Assembly: GCF_004010195.1 (NCBI RefSeq)
Contig: NC_057728.1
Span: 43,353,431-43,417,430 of the forward strand
Source: Chiloscyllium plagiosum
Taxonomy: Eukaryota
Length of the DNA stretch: 64,000 bases
Reading direction: 5' to 3'
Shown: positions 24,460-36,048 of the stretch, piece after piece
Position numbering within the stretch: position 1 is the first letter of the stretch
Layout of the letters: the number at the start of each line of letters is the position of its first letter
Notes under the pieces: model-generated
The model's input: the letters and a program-made list of their open reading frames with translations, nothing else
The model's database searches: none
What the model was told of the DNA's origin: nothing
Program-made: the position numbers and the translations under genes

Positions 24460-26161
24460 CAGGCAGTTTTCCTATAACACCATAGTTGCATTCTCTTGCG
24501 ACACTGTGTTATAGAAAATCGTGCAATAGAAATAATGGAGTCCATGGGAAAAACAAGGTTGGGGTGAACCACCAAAAATACCAGTAAAAATTGAAACAAA
24601 AATATTAGTTGTTAGCCTAACACAAACTATAGCACAGTCTAAGTAAATGTTGACCTGTTGTATGGTAATATATAGTGCAGGCTTCAACTGATTACTCTCG
24701 ACTGGCATCTATATCTGCTGGCTGCACTACATTCTAGCCAGTCTTCTGATCTCATCCAGTGGTAACACTGCACAAGTCAGATCCCAAAATGAAACCTGGC
24801 TTGACATTTCAAGGGCTTAATCTCTTTCACTAAGTGTGAATTTTGTCAAGTTTTTCGGAGGGTTTCACATCAGGATGCTTGGGGACATCTATCACCTTAA
24901 TTTACAAAGCCCACCTGATTTATTACCCAAACCACTTCTCTCTCACATTCTAGCACCATCATATCATTTGGCATTTCCAAAACAACTCACCACTTCCTGG
25001 ATATTCCAGAATTGACTAACATCCGTGGTGCAGCACCATCTTTAAAAAGATATTGTGCACCCAGTCAAGCGCTGTCAGTCCAGAGCAGCCTGCATGGTTA
25101 CTGACATTGGACCTGGACGTGGCAGACAACAGAAAATTGGTGCCTCTCTTTGTGGGCAGGGACATAGTGATGCTGCTGATGGCATGGGGTGATGCAGAGG
25201 CAGGATGTCCTTTTCTCCAGGACAATAGACGACACTAGTCTTCTGGAACCATACCAACTTGGACCAGGGTTAGCATCCAGGCCAGTGCAGGCTAAACCAT
25301 CTGAAGGAATGCTCAGAATGTAGGAAGATGATCAATGACCTCCTCCACTTTGCCAATGAAAGTGTCACCATCTTCTCATTGATACCTCACCCTATCTCTG
25401 CCACTGTACCCACCCTTTCCTGCAACATCTTCCCCACTCACTATCATCCTCGCTAACATCTGATCCTGAATATCTTCTGCACAACCTACTCATCCCCTCA
25501 GGACATCTCCACACATGCACCAGAAGTAACAGTGTGCCACCCACCTTTCTCTCCCACACACACTATGTGTCAAGTTTCTTGACTCTGACCACCCTGAGCA
25601 GCTGACTGACCATGTCCAAGCCCCTGTACTGGTAGCTTTTTGCAACTGGTTACCATTGTGATTGGTCATCGAAAGAGATTCACACGAGTTTGCAAATATT
25701 CTTTAACATCTAAACATTTTTTTTTAAACAAAAAGAGATAAAAGCTCTTAACACAAACAAAAAGGCCAAGTTTCAAACTGCTCCTCAACACTGTCCTTTT
25801 ACTGTCAATTCCAGTGAAATTTCACTTTTATCTCAACTCTTTAGGTTTTTAAATTACAGATTGTTCCCAGCATCTAGTTCTCAGGCTGTAGAGACATTTT
25901 CACAATGCTTTTTCCAAATCCACTACCACAAACATTTCACAATACCTTTCATGAAGCTCTTCAGGGGAAAGGGCACGAGCAGGCTGATCATGTGATGCTG
26001 ACATGGAGTCCTATTCTCCACACAGCATGACACCTAGCACCGGGGATGAGAATCGCGTAACAGCGAACGGAGTTCGCTTTATGAAACAAATGTTGGCAAT
26101 TCACAAATCATGTTACAGACAAATCATATTTAATAAATGTGTGTTATGGGAGGACTACCTG
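24460..26161. mobile_element. Tigger-like element (TIR pair) enclosing a Harbinger Myb/SANT-like relic
   Basis: TA-CAGGCAGTTTTCCTATAACAC at the left end and GTGTTATGGGAGGACTACCTG-ca at the right end. The interior 25110-25350 resembles a decayed Myb/SANT ORF (KLVPLFVGRDIVMLL...ECRKMINDLL). Confidence 0.55.
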
Positions 26162-26455
26162 CAAGTTTAAAGTAAAAATTTTGAAAAAAATTCAGAAAGG
26201 GAAACAAAAGAGAAACAGAAAAAGTACATAGGACCTCTGGCTGAAGCATCCAATTCTGCTGCCATCTCAATATTAGATGGTTCATAATCATTTAAGCACA
26301 CGAGTATGATTAACAAAAAGTCAGGCCTAACGAGAATTCAGCAATTTCTAATACTGTTTCAGACTAACTTCCATGTCAACATCCCAAAAGTAAATTATTA
26401 TTTTGAAATTAAACATTAATAGTTTGAATACCATATCAAATGTTTTAAGTATTAC

Positions 26456-26587
26456 CTTGTCTTCTAATGCAGCCATTCGCTCTTTTAGATGCAGTTGAAG
26501 TCGCTCATTTGACTCTGTGAGCAATCTGTCCACTGTGTCAGACAGTCTCTTATTGTGCTCTTCATTCATTTTCTCTCTTTGATGGGC
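26456..26587 (-). CDS. PPFIA2: Liprin-alpha exon, 132 bp, phase 0-0
   Basis: tttag|GCC ... AAG|gtaata. Translates [44 protein letters not shown], a highly conserved liprin-alpha block. Confidence 0.95.
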
Positions 26588-27264
26588 CTAAAGCGTGAAA
26601 GTTAAAAAAGCAGTTTTGGAAAACATTTAAATTTATACTGAAAGTTAATCACAAGCTTGAATAATTACACTTCATAATTTATTTGACAAATCCAAGAAAA
26701 CAGCAATTTATGTACTATAATCACTTGGTGATTCTGTCATTTATTCAAACTGGATTCAGCCAGTACTGTGGATTAATCTTTTTGCTATATAGTGTTCTAT
26801 ATTTTATTACAATTTAGCAAGACCAATTTGTCTTTATATGGTATTTCGTTTGTCATGAAACCATTTTTCATTTGAAATGCATTTGGACACAAATTTTCCA
26901 ATTAGATTGCTTCCTTATATTTTCATTGTCTTTTGATTCCACTTATTTGAAGGCATCAACTTGTCGCTAATTTGCTGGTGACATATTTTAGTTTCAGACC
27001 GAATATCCCAGATTTGCAATGATCATTACAGTCTTGTATTGTTCCTATTGTACTTGTCTAAACTAAAAACTAATGGAATCCCATCAGTACACTACAGATT
27101 TTCTCATGTGTTCTGAATCCAAAGTATGAGGTCAGGAAAAAAAAAGTAAATTTTAAATGTGATATTTTATGAAAAGAATAATCTAAGTCAATTTGTTTTG
27201 AGCAGCAATTTCTAAAATCAGCAGTGGGTCACAAGAACAGACAATGGAATAGTACAACACAAGT

Positions 27265-27700
27265 TGAAGTTGAGTAGATTGGAACTGTGCTCACTTGAAT
27301 TTAGAAGAATGAGAGGTGACCTTGCTGAAACATACAATATTCTCAAGGGACTTGACAGAGTGGATGCAGAACAACTGTTTCCCTTTGTGAGAGTGTACAG
27401 GATCATAGGGCATAATCTCTGAATAAGGGGTCATATATTTAGGGCAAAGATGATGAGGAATTTCTTCTCTCAGAGCATACTGATTCTGTGGAATTCTTTA
27501 CCATAGAGGATTGAGGCTGGGTCACTAACCATCTTCAAGACAGAGATAGACAGATGTTTCATCAGTAAGGGAATTAAGTATTGTCGGGAAAAGGCAGGAA
27601 AATGGACTTGAAGATTATCAGATCAGCCATAATCTCACTGAATGGTCTAGCAGACTTGATGAGCTGAATGGCCTTCTCCTGCTCCCACTTCCTATGATCT
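27265..27700 (+). mobile_element. CR1-family 3' end
   Basis: gaatttagaagaatgagaggtgacctt...gatgagctgaatggcct, the same architecture as the other CR1 3' ends. Confidence 0.7.
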
Positions 27701-29941
27701 TATGTGTTGTAATTTATTTGTTAATAATAGATGCTAGCATTTTCCCGATGACACATTGGACTAACTGGCTTATAGTTTCCTGCTTTTTGTCTCCCTCCCT
27801 TCTTGAACTGGGGTGTTACATTTATGTTTTTTTTAATTTGCTGGAACCCTTCCAGAATCCAGTGAGTTGTGGAAAAGTTGGAGCAATGTCACCACTTTCT
27901 CAACAGTCACTTCCTTCAAAACTCTTGGATGTAGGCCATCCAGTCTGATGATTTGTCTGTCTGTCATTTATTAACTTGTTAAATACCTATACTTTGTCCC
28001 TCACAAAAGTGACTGTTCCAAGTATTTTCATTCCAAACTTTGCTTTTCTGAAACTTTTGGGACATTTATAGAGTTTTCTACCATGAAAACTGATGTAAAA
28101 TATTGGTTTAAATTATCTGCTATTTCCCTGTTCCTCATCCTCCAAAGATCCTACATGCATTTTAGCTACTTTCTTTTTACATACCCATAGACATTCTTGC
28201 TGCCTTTTTCTTGTATTTCTTGCCAATTTAGTTTTATAATCAAGTTTCTCTCTCTTTATTAGCTTATTAGTCATTGTTGCTCATTCCTGAAAAATTCCCA
28301 TCCTCTGACCTACCACATATTGTCTACCTTAGTTTTTGATTGCATACTCTCCTTGACTACCATTGTTAACATTTATGTTGGTTTTGATGGTTCAATTTCT
28401 TTTTGATTGGAAGAAATTATTGCACAGTTATGATTTTTTTTACTAGTCTGCCTCATCTACTTTTGTACTTTGTCCATTTTCCCTGTAGAGTTACTTCATA
28501 CCTCAGTAATTGCCCTTATTTATGTTGAAGACATTGGTTTGCAAGCCGAATGGTTTCTCTCAAACTCTAACATAAAATTCTACTATATTGTGATCACAGC
28601 CTCCTGGCAGATCCTTAAATATGAGATCTCTTTTCATACAATACAATAGTGCACAGGAACAGGTCCTGTGGCCCACCAAGCTTGTGCTGATTCCTAATGC
28701 TTATTTAAACCCCATACTTATTGCCCATGTGTGGCTTCTATCCCTCTGTTCACCTCTCCTCTCTCACCTCTCTTTGATATTTTTAACCTTCTCTTCAACT
28801 GAATCCCCTCTCCACTAGAACATTCTGACAGGTGAGTATAAAGCATTTTCTTAAATCCCACTTTTAGGTAGCATTGATTTGTTTTTAATGTTATTCATCA
28901 GTGGAATTTGTCTTTCAAATGCAAGTTGTCCCTTATATTGACCAGTCTTACTAATTTGTTCACAGACTTTGCAGTTTTTTTCCAATGGAAAAGGCACTAC
29001 AATGCATTGAAAAATGTTATAAGATGTCCTGTTAGGCAGTGCTGTCATCTGTTTTGCTGTGAGTTAAATGGGGCTGGCTGATAAAAAACAAACAGCTACA
29101 GCAGTTGGAAAAAAAATTAAACATGTGCTCCCTTACATTTTTCTCCCCCAAATCATGGTGGTTGTATTTTAAAATTTTTTTTAGAGTGAGACAAAAAATG
29201 AAGACAGCATTGTGAATAGACAGTACTATTATATATTTTTTCCACCACCAGGAAAACACTTGTGTGACCTATTGAATATTTGCAGGTAAAGCCTGTTAAG
29301 AACAATGCTAACATCAAGGGACGGTGTGGAGAAATGGAGGAGTCTAAATCAAATGGAATTGGAGGGACAAATAAAATAGTATATCCCCTGCAGTGCCCAC
29401 CTAAGTGTTACAAGTATTACAAGTCTTATTCACATTGCACAATATATCATTTTCTTAGTATCCATGAAATGAAGGATTTTACTAAGTGGTGAGAAGTGAA
29501 AAGTAACATAAAGCAATTTCCATCGTTAATGTATGGAATGTGAAGCACTGGGTGAGTGGCTATTGGAAAAACATGGGGGACATGACGGTGATATTGTTAA
29601 TGGAATGGGCTATGGTGATTGATGATTGCAAGGGTATTCAACATCCCAGAAAAATAGGCAGAGACAGGGATACACCACTGCACCATAAGAGCCCTGAGAC
29701 TTGAAACTCATCCAATTATTGTCAAAGTATCTCAAACATTAGCCTTACACAGGAACCACAAATTAAATTCAAAATACAGTACCGTCAGCATATTTCCCAA
29801 GTCTGGGAGTAGAAACAATCCATTCACAACCATTTATAGAAGCAACCCTTAAACTAGAAATACAACGAGTAAAAATGGAAATAATTAATGTAGTGTAATC
29901 TAGGTTTCACTCTTTTGTCTCATTTTCTTAATATGACTTAC

Positions 29942-30025
29942 TCTCTGAAGTTCCTGATTCTTTTCTTCAAGCTGAGTCTCTAAGTGCCTCAAACGTTCTT
30001 CTATACTGCCATGCCTCTCTTCAGC
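29942..30025 (-). CDS. PPFIA2: Liprin-alpha exon, 84 bp, phase 0-0
   Basis: tacag|GCT ... AGA|gtaagt. Translates AEERHGSIEERLRHLETQLEEKNQELQR. Confidence 0.94.
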
Positions 30026-31908
30026 CTGTAACACAAATTGAAAAAGCTGAATAGACCTCAATTTTATTTTACCCAAGTCAATGTACATGTGATTACTTTA
30101 AACAAGAAAGAAACAAGCCAAGCTCAAGCCTACGCGGTCCGAGGACTCATGTTCAGATTTAAGCAGGCAGCTGGAGATAATTGCTTAATGTTTGTGAACT
30201 TGTAGTCTATAACACCTAAGCATTAGCAATATTTTCTTATACATTTCAAAAATATTTTCATGAATGAATGAGTTCAGCCATATGTAACAACATGCTGGAT
30301 TTTCATGGTTAAACCAAAATCCTGCTATTTTTAACAAATCAAGCTTGTCAAGCACAAAGCTGCACAATGAAAAAAATAACAGAATCTAATTATCATCCAG
30401 CAAGACTACCTTCCTAAGCATGGTGATCATTTCTTGCAGGTTTGCTTCCAAAACATAGGGATAATCATCAGATGAAGTAGAAGAGGTTGGGTCAGACTGA
30501 CAAGTCAAGGAAAAGAGGGACAAATCGAAAATCAGAACTAAAGACACAAATGCTTAATAAAATACAACACATAATGTTGAAAACAAAAAGAATGACTAAA
30601 AAGCCATACACTAACTGCACAAACAGTAGCATTTCTAAAATCATGACAGTTATACAAAAATAGTTAATTACATGGAGGTTCACCAACTGAAACAAATATC
30701 AAAATGTTGTTGCAATGTTTTCGCTTCTGTAATTAATTTTTCTCTAGCAAGTTCAAAATGTAAGCTGGGGTTCAATGCAAGTTTATGGAGGGAAAACAAT
30801 TTGGTCACCTCTGTGAATAAAAACTTATTGCAAATGATGGATGCAACATTTTCCTGTAATCATCTGCTAATTGTTTAATATAAACATTTGTTTATTACTG
30901 TTCTGCTTAGGACCATTTAGTGAAATGTTACTGAACAGAAACACTGATTGGAATTTAATCCCCACTGCCCTGAAATTGGTCTGGGAGATGATATGAGGGT
31001 GGAAAGGGGAAATGATCTAGAAAATTAGGCATTGTTGAGATCACTTGGCCACTTCAGGCTACGTAATTGCCTCATTGTCAGTGTTGTAAAAATGATGGCC
31101 TTTGATCATCAAGCTGTACCCTAAACTAGGATATTCAGATTGCAGGGGCTAGGAACCCCAATGACAGCCTTCAGATTGCCCAATTAGAATTAAATCTCTT
31201 TGAGGCCTCTGGTTATGGCTAATTGCTACCACCCCTCTAGCTGCTAGATGGGCACATCAAATCAATCAGTCATTAATTTTTTTCACTAATGCTGTCTGCC
31301 TTGCTGAGACTTCAAAACACTTTCTGTTTGTATTTCAGATTCCCAGTATTTCCAGTAGTTTGCTTTTACAAATAATTTATTGATGGTATAATACTTTCAT
31401 AATCACAAATCTTCTACTAATATTGTTTACCATATATCGTGGTATACTTGGGTTAGTTTATATCCATACCGATAACTATTGTGGGACTTAAACATTTAAA
31501 ATGTCCATCCAAACATTAAACAATGTACATCATAGAGTAAAACAATCCACAAAGGACTTTAATTATGTGCTTCAGTTGAGTCAGTAGGTGAACTGCTTAA
31601 TATTTACTTAGTCATATTTCAATTCTTGTTTAGATTACTGTTATAACTATTTCCTGAATAAATAAATAACCTGAACTTATATATTTTCTTTCAAAAACTC
31701 AACATGTTGAACAGGCTCAACAGACCACTAGGCCTACTTTCTCTCCTTTTTCTATGATCAAAATATTTTGCTGGTAATTGGGTAGTTTTGAAATATAGAC
31801 ACAGTTAAAACATAAGTAATGTTAGATTTGTGAACAGTAAAGTCAAACAAACAGCAATGAGATAAATAACTAGAAAGATTGTTTCTGGTGATTATTGAGT
31901 GATAAATT

Positions 31909-33270
31909 TAGAACATAGAACATTACAGCACAGTACAGGCCCTTCGGCCCTCGATGTTGCACCGACCTGTGGAACCAATCTGAAGCCCATCTATCCTACA
32001 CTATTCTATTTTCATCCATATGTCCATCCAATGACCATTGAAAAACCCTTAAAGTTGGCAAGCATACTACTGTTGCAGGCAGTGTGTTCCATGCCCCTAC
32101 AACTTGCTGAGTAAAGAAATTACCTCTGATATCTGTTCTATATCTATCATCCCTCAATTTAAAGCTATGTCTCCTTTTGACGGCCCTCACCATCCAAGGA
32201 AAAAGGCTCTCACTATCCAACCTCTGATTATCTTATATGTCTCTATTAAGTCACCTCTCAACCTCTTCTCTCTAATGAAAATAGCCTCAAGTCCCTAAGC
32301 CTTTCTTCATAAGACTTTCCCTCCATACCAGGCAACATCCTAGTAAATCTCCTCTGAACCCTTTCCAAAGCTTCCAAATCCTTCCTATAATGCGGTGACC
32401 AGAACTGTATGCAATATTCTAAGTGTGGTTACACCAGAGTTCTGTACAGCTGCAGCATGACCTCGTAGTTCCGAAACTCAATCCCTCTATCAATAAAAAC
32501 TAATACACTGTATGCCTTCTCAACAACCCTATTAACCTGGTGGCAACTTTCAGGGATCTGTGCACATGGACATTGAGATCTCTCTACACATCTACGCCAC
32601 CAAAAATCTCACCATTAGCCCAGCACTCTGTATTCCTGTTGCTCTTTTCAAAGTGAATCACCTCACAGTTTTCTGCAATAAACTCCATTGCCACTTCTCA
32701 GCCCAGCTCTAGAGTTTATCTACATCCTTCTGTAACCTGCAACACCCTTCAGCACTATCCACAACTCCACCGACCTTAGCGCCATCCTTCTACGCCCTCA
32801 TCCAGGTCATTTATAAAATTGACAAAGAACAGTGGCCCCAAAACAGATGCTTATGGTACACCACTAGCAACTGAACTGCAAGGTGAACATTTCCATCAAT
32901 CACCACTCTCTGTCTTCTTTCAGCCAGCCAACTTCTGATCCAAATAGCTAAATCACCCTCGGTCCCATGCCTCCGTATTTTCTTTAATAGTCTACTGTGG
33001 GCAACCTTTTCAAACGCCTTACTGAAATCCACATACACCACATCAGCTGCTTCATCCTCATCAGCTGTTTGGTCACCATCTCAAAGAACTCAATAAGGTT
33101 TGTGAGGCATGATCTACCCTTCACAAAATCATGTCGACTATCCCCAATCAATTTATTCCTCTGCAAATGACTATAAATCCTATCTCTTATAACCTTTTCC
33201 AACACTTTACCCACAACCGAAGTAACGCTCATTGTTCTATAATTACCAGGATTGTCTCTACTTCCTTCTT
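31909..33270 (-). mobile_element. CR1/HER1 LINE 3' portion
   Basis: RT motifs NPGNYR, GRSCLTNLIEFFE and YVDFSKAF. The 3' tail appears as (agaacat)n and gcccttcggccc on the plus strand. Confidence 0.88.
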
Positions 33271-33319
33271 GAAGAATGTGGATGAAGATAATGAGAGAGG
33301 CACTTCGTGAACATAGGAT

Positions 33320-33515
33320 CACTTACATCCATCTGACAGGGCAGAACGGATCTCAGTATAATGTTTCATTCAATGGTTTGCACTTTCAACAGTGCATCAC
33401 TCCCTCAGTATAGCATCAAAGTGCAGTCTGAATTGTGTGCTTAAACTTCTAGGTTGGCTTTTGATCCTATGGTCTTTAGAGTCTGAAGTAAAAGTGTTGC
33501 CACTGAACCAAGCCT
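33320..33515 (-). mobile_element. Old Deu-domain-type SINE (SacSINE1/AmnSINE-related), degenerate
   Basis: acagtgcatcactccctcagtatagca and catccatctgacagggcaga resemble the Deu domain, with a tRNA-like head at the right end. A more decayed copy lies at ~7165-7440. Confidence 0.45.
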
Positions 33516-33755
33516 CGAACCTTTAACAAGAAATTCAACTGCTCTTCATATAAAAAAAACTAAAAATGGGCAATTTCCTTCATCACATTACCAGTTACTT
33601 CATTTAATTTTACTTGGGTTATATAGGAATTTTGTGGAATTTATGCGACTCTGTGAAAATCCAATCCAACATTTCAAGTCAATGACTTTTCATCAGAACT
33701 GATCCCTCTTTAAGGAAATACATGGCCTCGGGAACTTCTGGATTAACATAGACAT

Positions 33756-34076
33756 GGCGGCACGGTGGCACAGTGGTTAGCACTGCTGCCTCACAGCACC
33801 AGAGACCTGGGTTCAATTCCCGACTCAGGCGACTGACTGTGTGGAGTTTGCACGTTCTCCCCGTGTCTGCATGGGTTTCCTCCGGGTGCTCCGGTTTCCT
33901 CCCACAGTCACAAAGATGTGCAGGCAGGTGAATTGGCCATGCTAAATTGCCCGTAGTGATAGGTAAAGGGGTAAATGTAGGGGAATGGGTGGGTTGCGCT
34001 TCGGCGGGTCGGTGTGGACTTGTTGGGCCGAAGGGCCTGTTTCCACACTGTAAGTAATCTAATCTAATCTAATCTA
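33756..34076 (+). mobile_element. HE1-type tRNA-derived V-SINE, full length
   Basis: A box TGGCACAGTGG, B box GGTTCAATTCC, V-domain TGTGTGGAGTTTGCACGTTCTCCCCGTGTCTGC, CR1-like 3' end gggccgaagggcctgtttcc and an (AATCT)n tail. Confidence 0.9.
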
Positions 34077-34587
34077 ATAGATATTTTCCCCTTTGCTTCA
34101 GAATTTCCCTCTTTGGCATTGGCCCCTGCGGTTCAGCACGTGCCCAGTTGCACAGACTTAGAACATCTTGATCCCTCTAGTTGGGACTCTCCACTAATAT
34201 CCCTGACTCCATCATTTGATCGAGCTCACATCTGATTGGAATTGTGTGTTCTCCCTTTTGGTAAATTAGGTGGCAGGGGCAAATTTAGTCAGCCATGAAG
34301 ATCGTGAGTGGGGTCCATACTACTTTTGGCTTCTGCTCTCTACCAAATTCACGATAGGAAGGCAGAACTGACATGTTTGCTTGTTTGCTCTTGTATCATC
34401 CCTTGTTCAAAGTCATTCAGTGCCTAATTAAGGGAAGGGTAATGGAAGAGGGGGATGTGGAAAAGATAGCTACTGAGACCAATGTCCTGTCTTGCTTGAG
34501 ACCCATTCATTCCTCTCTCCCATGACCTCCACCACATTATGCACCTCTGGCCAAGGATCCACCCATGTGGGTGATAATTGTACCTAA

Positions 34588-34869
34588 GGGCGGCATGGAG
34601 ACTCAGTTGTTGGCACTGTTGCCTCACAGCGCCAGAGACCCGGGTTTGATTCCCACTTCGGGCGACGATCTGGGTGGAGTTTGCACATTCTCCCTGTGTC
34701 TGCGTGGGTTTCCTCCCACAATCCAAAAGATGTGCAGGTCAGGTGAATTGGCTATGCTAAGTTGCCTATAGAGTTAGGTGCATTATTCAGGGGTAAATGT
34801 AAGGTAATGGGTCTGGCTGGGTTGTTGGGCTGAAGAGCCTGTTGCCATACTGTAAGGAATCTAATTTAA
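34588..34869 (+). mobile_element. HE1-type V-SINE, diverged copy with internal deletion
   Basis: Same head and V-domain as the 33756 copy. It lacks the segment between the two GGTTTCCTCC direct repeats. Confidence 0.85.
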
Positions 34870-36048
34870 TTGGTGATGCTACATTGAATCCTCAATTATA
34901 AGCATCTTGGGAGCTACCATTGACCAGAAACAGAACTATACCAACTATATGACTACGATGGCTATAAAAGTTGGTCACAGGATAGAAATGCTGAAGCAAG
35001 TAACCACCTCTGGTCTCTTTTCCACAAGACACAAGATGGTGAGTGATACAATTCTCTCCACTTGACTAGAGGAATGCAGTTGTAACAGTACTCAAGAAGT
35101 TTGATGACATCTCAGAAAAACAGCCTGCGTAATCAACATCCCCATCTACCAAACAAAACATTCACTCTCTCAACCACTGGTGCACAGTGGGAGCTATGCT
35201 TTTCATATTCAAAAATCTTCAACCATGATCCAAATCTGCAACCTTTACAAACAGGTGTAAGATCTTCATAAGATATAAGAGCAGCAGAAGCATCATGACC
35301 ACGACCTGCCAGTTCTCCTGTGAGCCACACGTCATTCTGATTTAGATCTATATCATGTTTCTCCATGCAGAACTAAAATCCCAGAACTCCTTCCCCAATA
35401 GCACTTCCCCATCTACACCCTAAGGCAACTTTCCACCACCTGCTTAAGGGTAAATAGGGAAGGGTAATGAATGCAGGCCTCATCAATGATGCCCAGAATC
35501 AGGAAAGCATACAATTAACAATGAGAATATTGCTCATATCTTCTGTCTTCATTGACATGTTATCTTTTTTGTTTGCGAATGGACCCCACTCTTTCCTTAG
35601 CTATTTTCTTGCTCTTTATGTATTTCTAAAATATCTTTGGATTTTCCTTGGTTTTATTCACTAAATTTTGTGCTTTCCTTTTTTTTTATAGATACTTTTA
35701 TTGAAAATTTAACATATTTTTACAAGTTTACAAATAAAAAAACCAAGTATAAACATTGATATACAATTAAATCTTAAATAAATAATTTCCAAAATTTAAC
35801 AAAAGAAAAATACCGAGAAAAAAAACAAAACTCAACTAACTACTAATCTAACCTACAACTAACCAGAGTGTATAATTAAGTCTCTTACACTATTCAAATA
35901 AGAGAAAAAAAAACAACTGACGGATAACACAGAAATTGGGTAGTGAGATACATGCTTGGAATATATTAACATCAAATGTAACAAAACCCGTATTCGTGCA
36001 GGATTGCTCTCCCAAGGTGCCCCGGACCAGCCAGGTTTGCCATCTCAA

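Noticed and set aside
24000..24514. 161-aa and 143-aa ORFs
   Set aside because: They are translations of the GC-rich minisatellite and the adjacent TIR.
33756..33830. tRNA gene (A and B boxes)
   Set aside because: It is the head of a V-SINE, continuous with the V-domain and LINE-derived tail.
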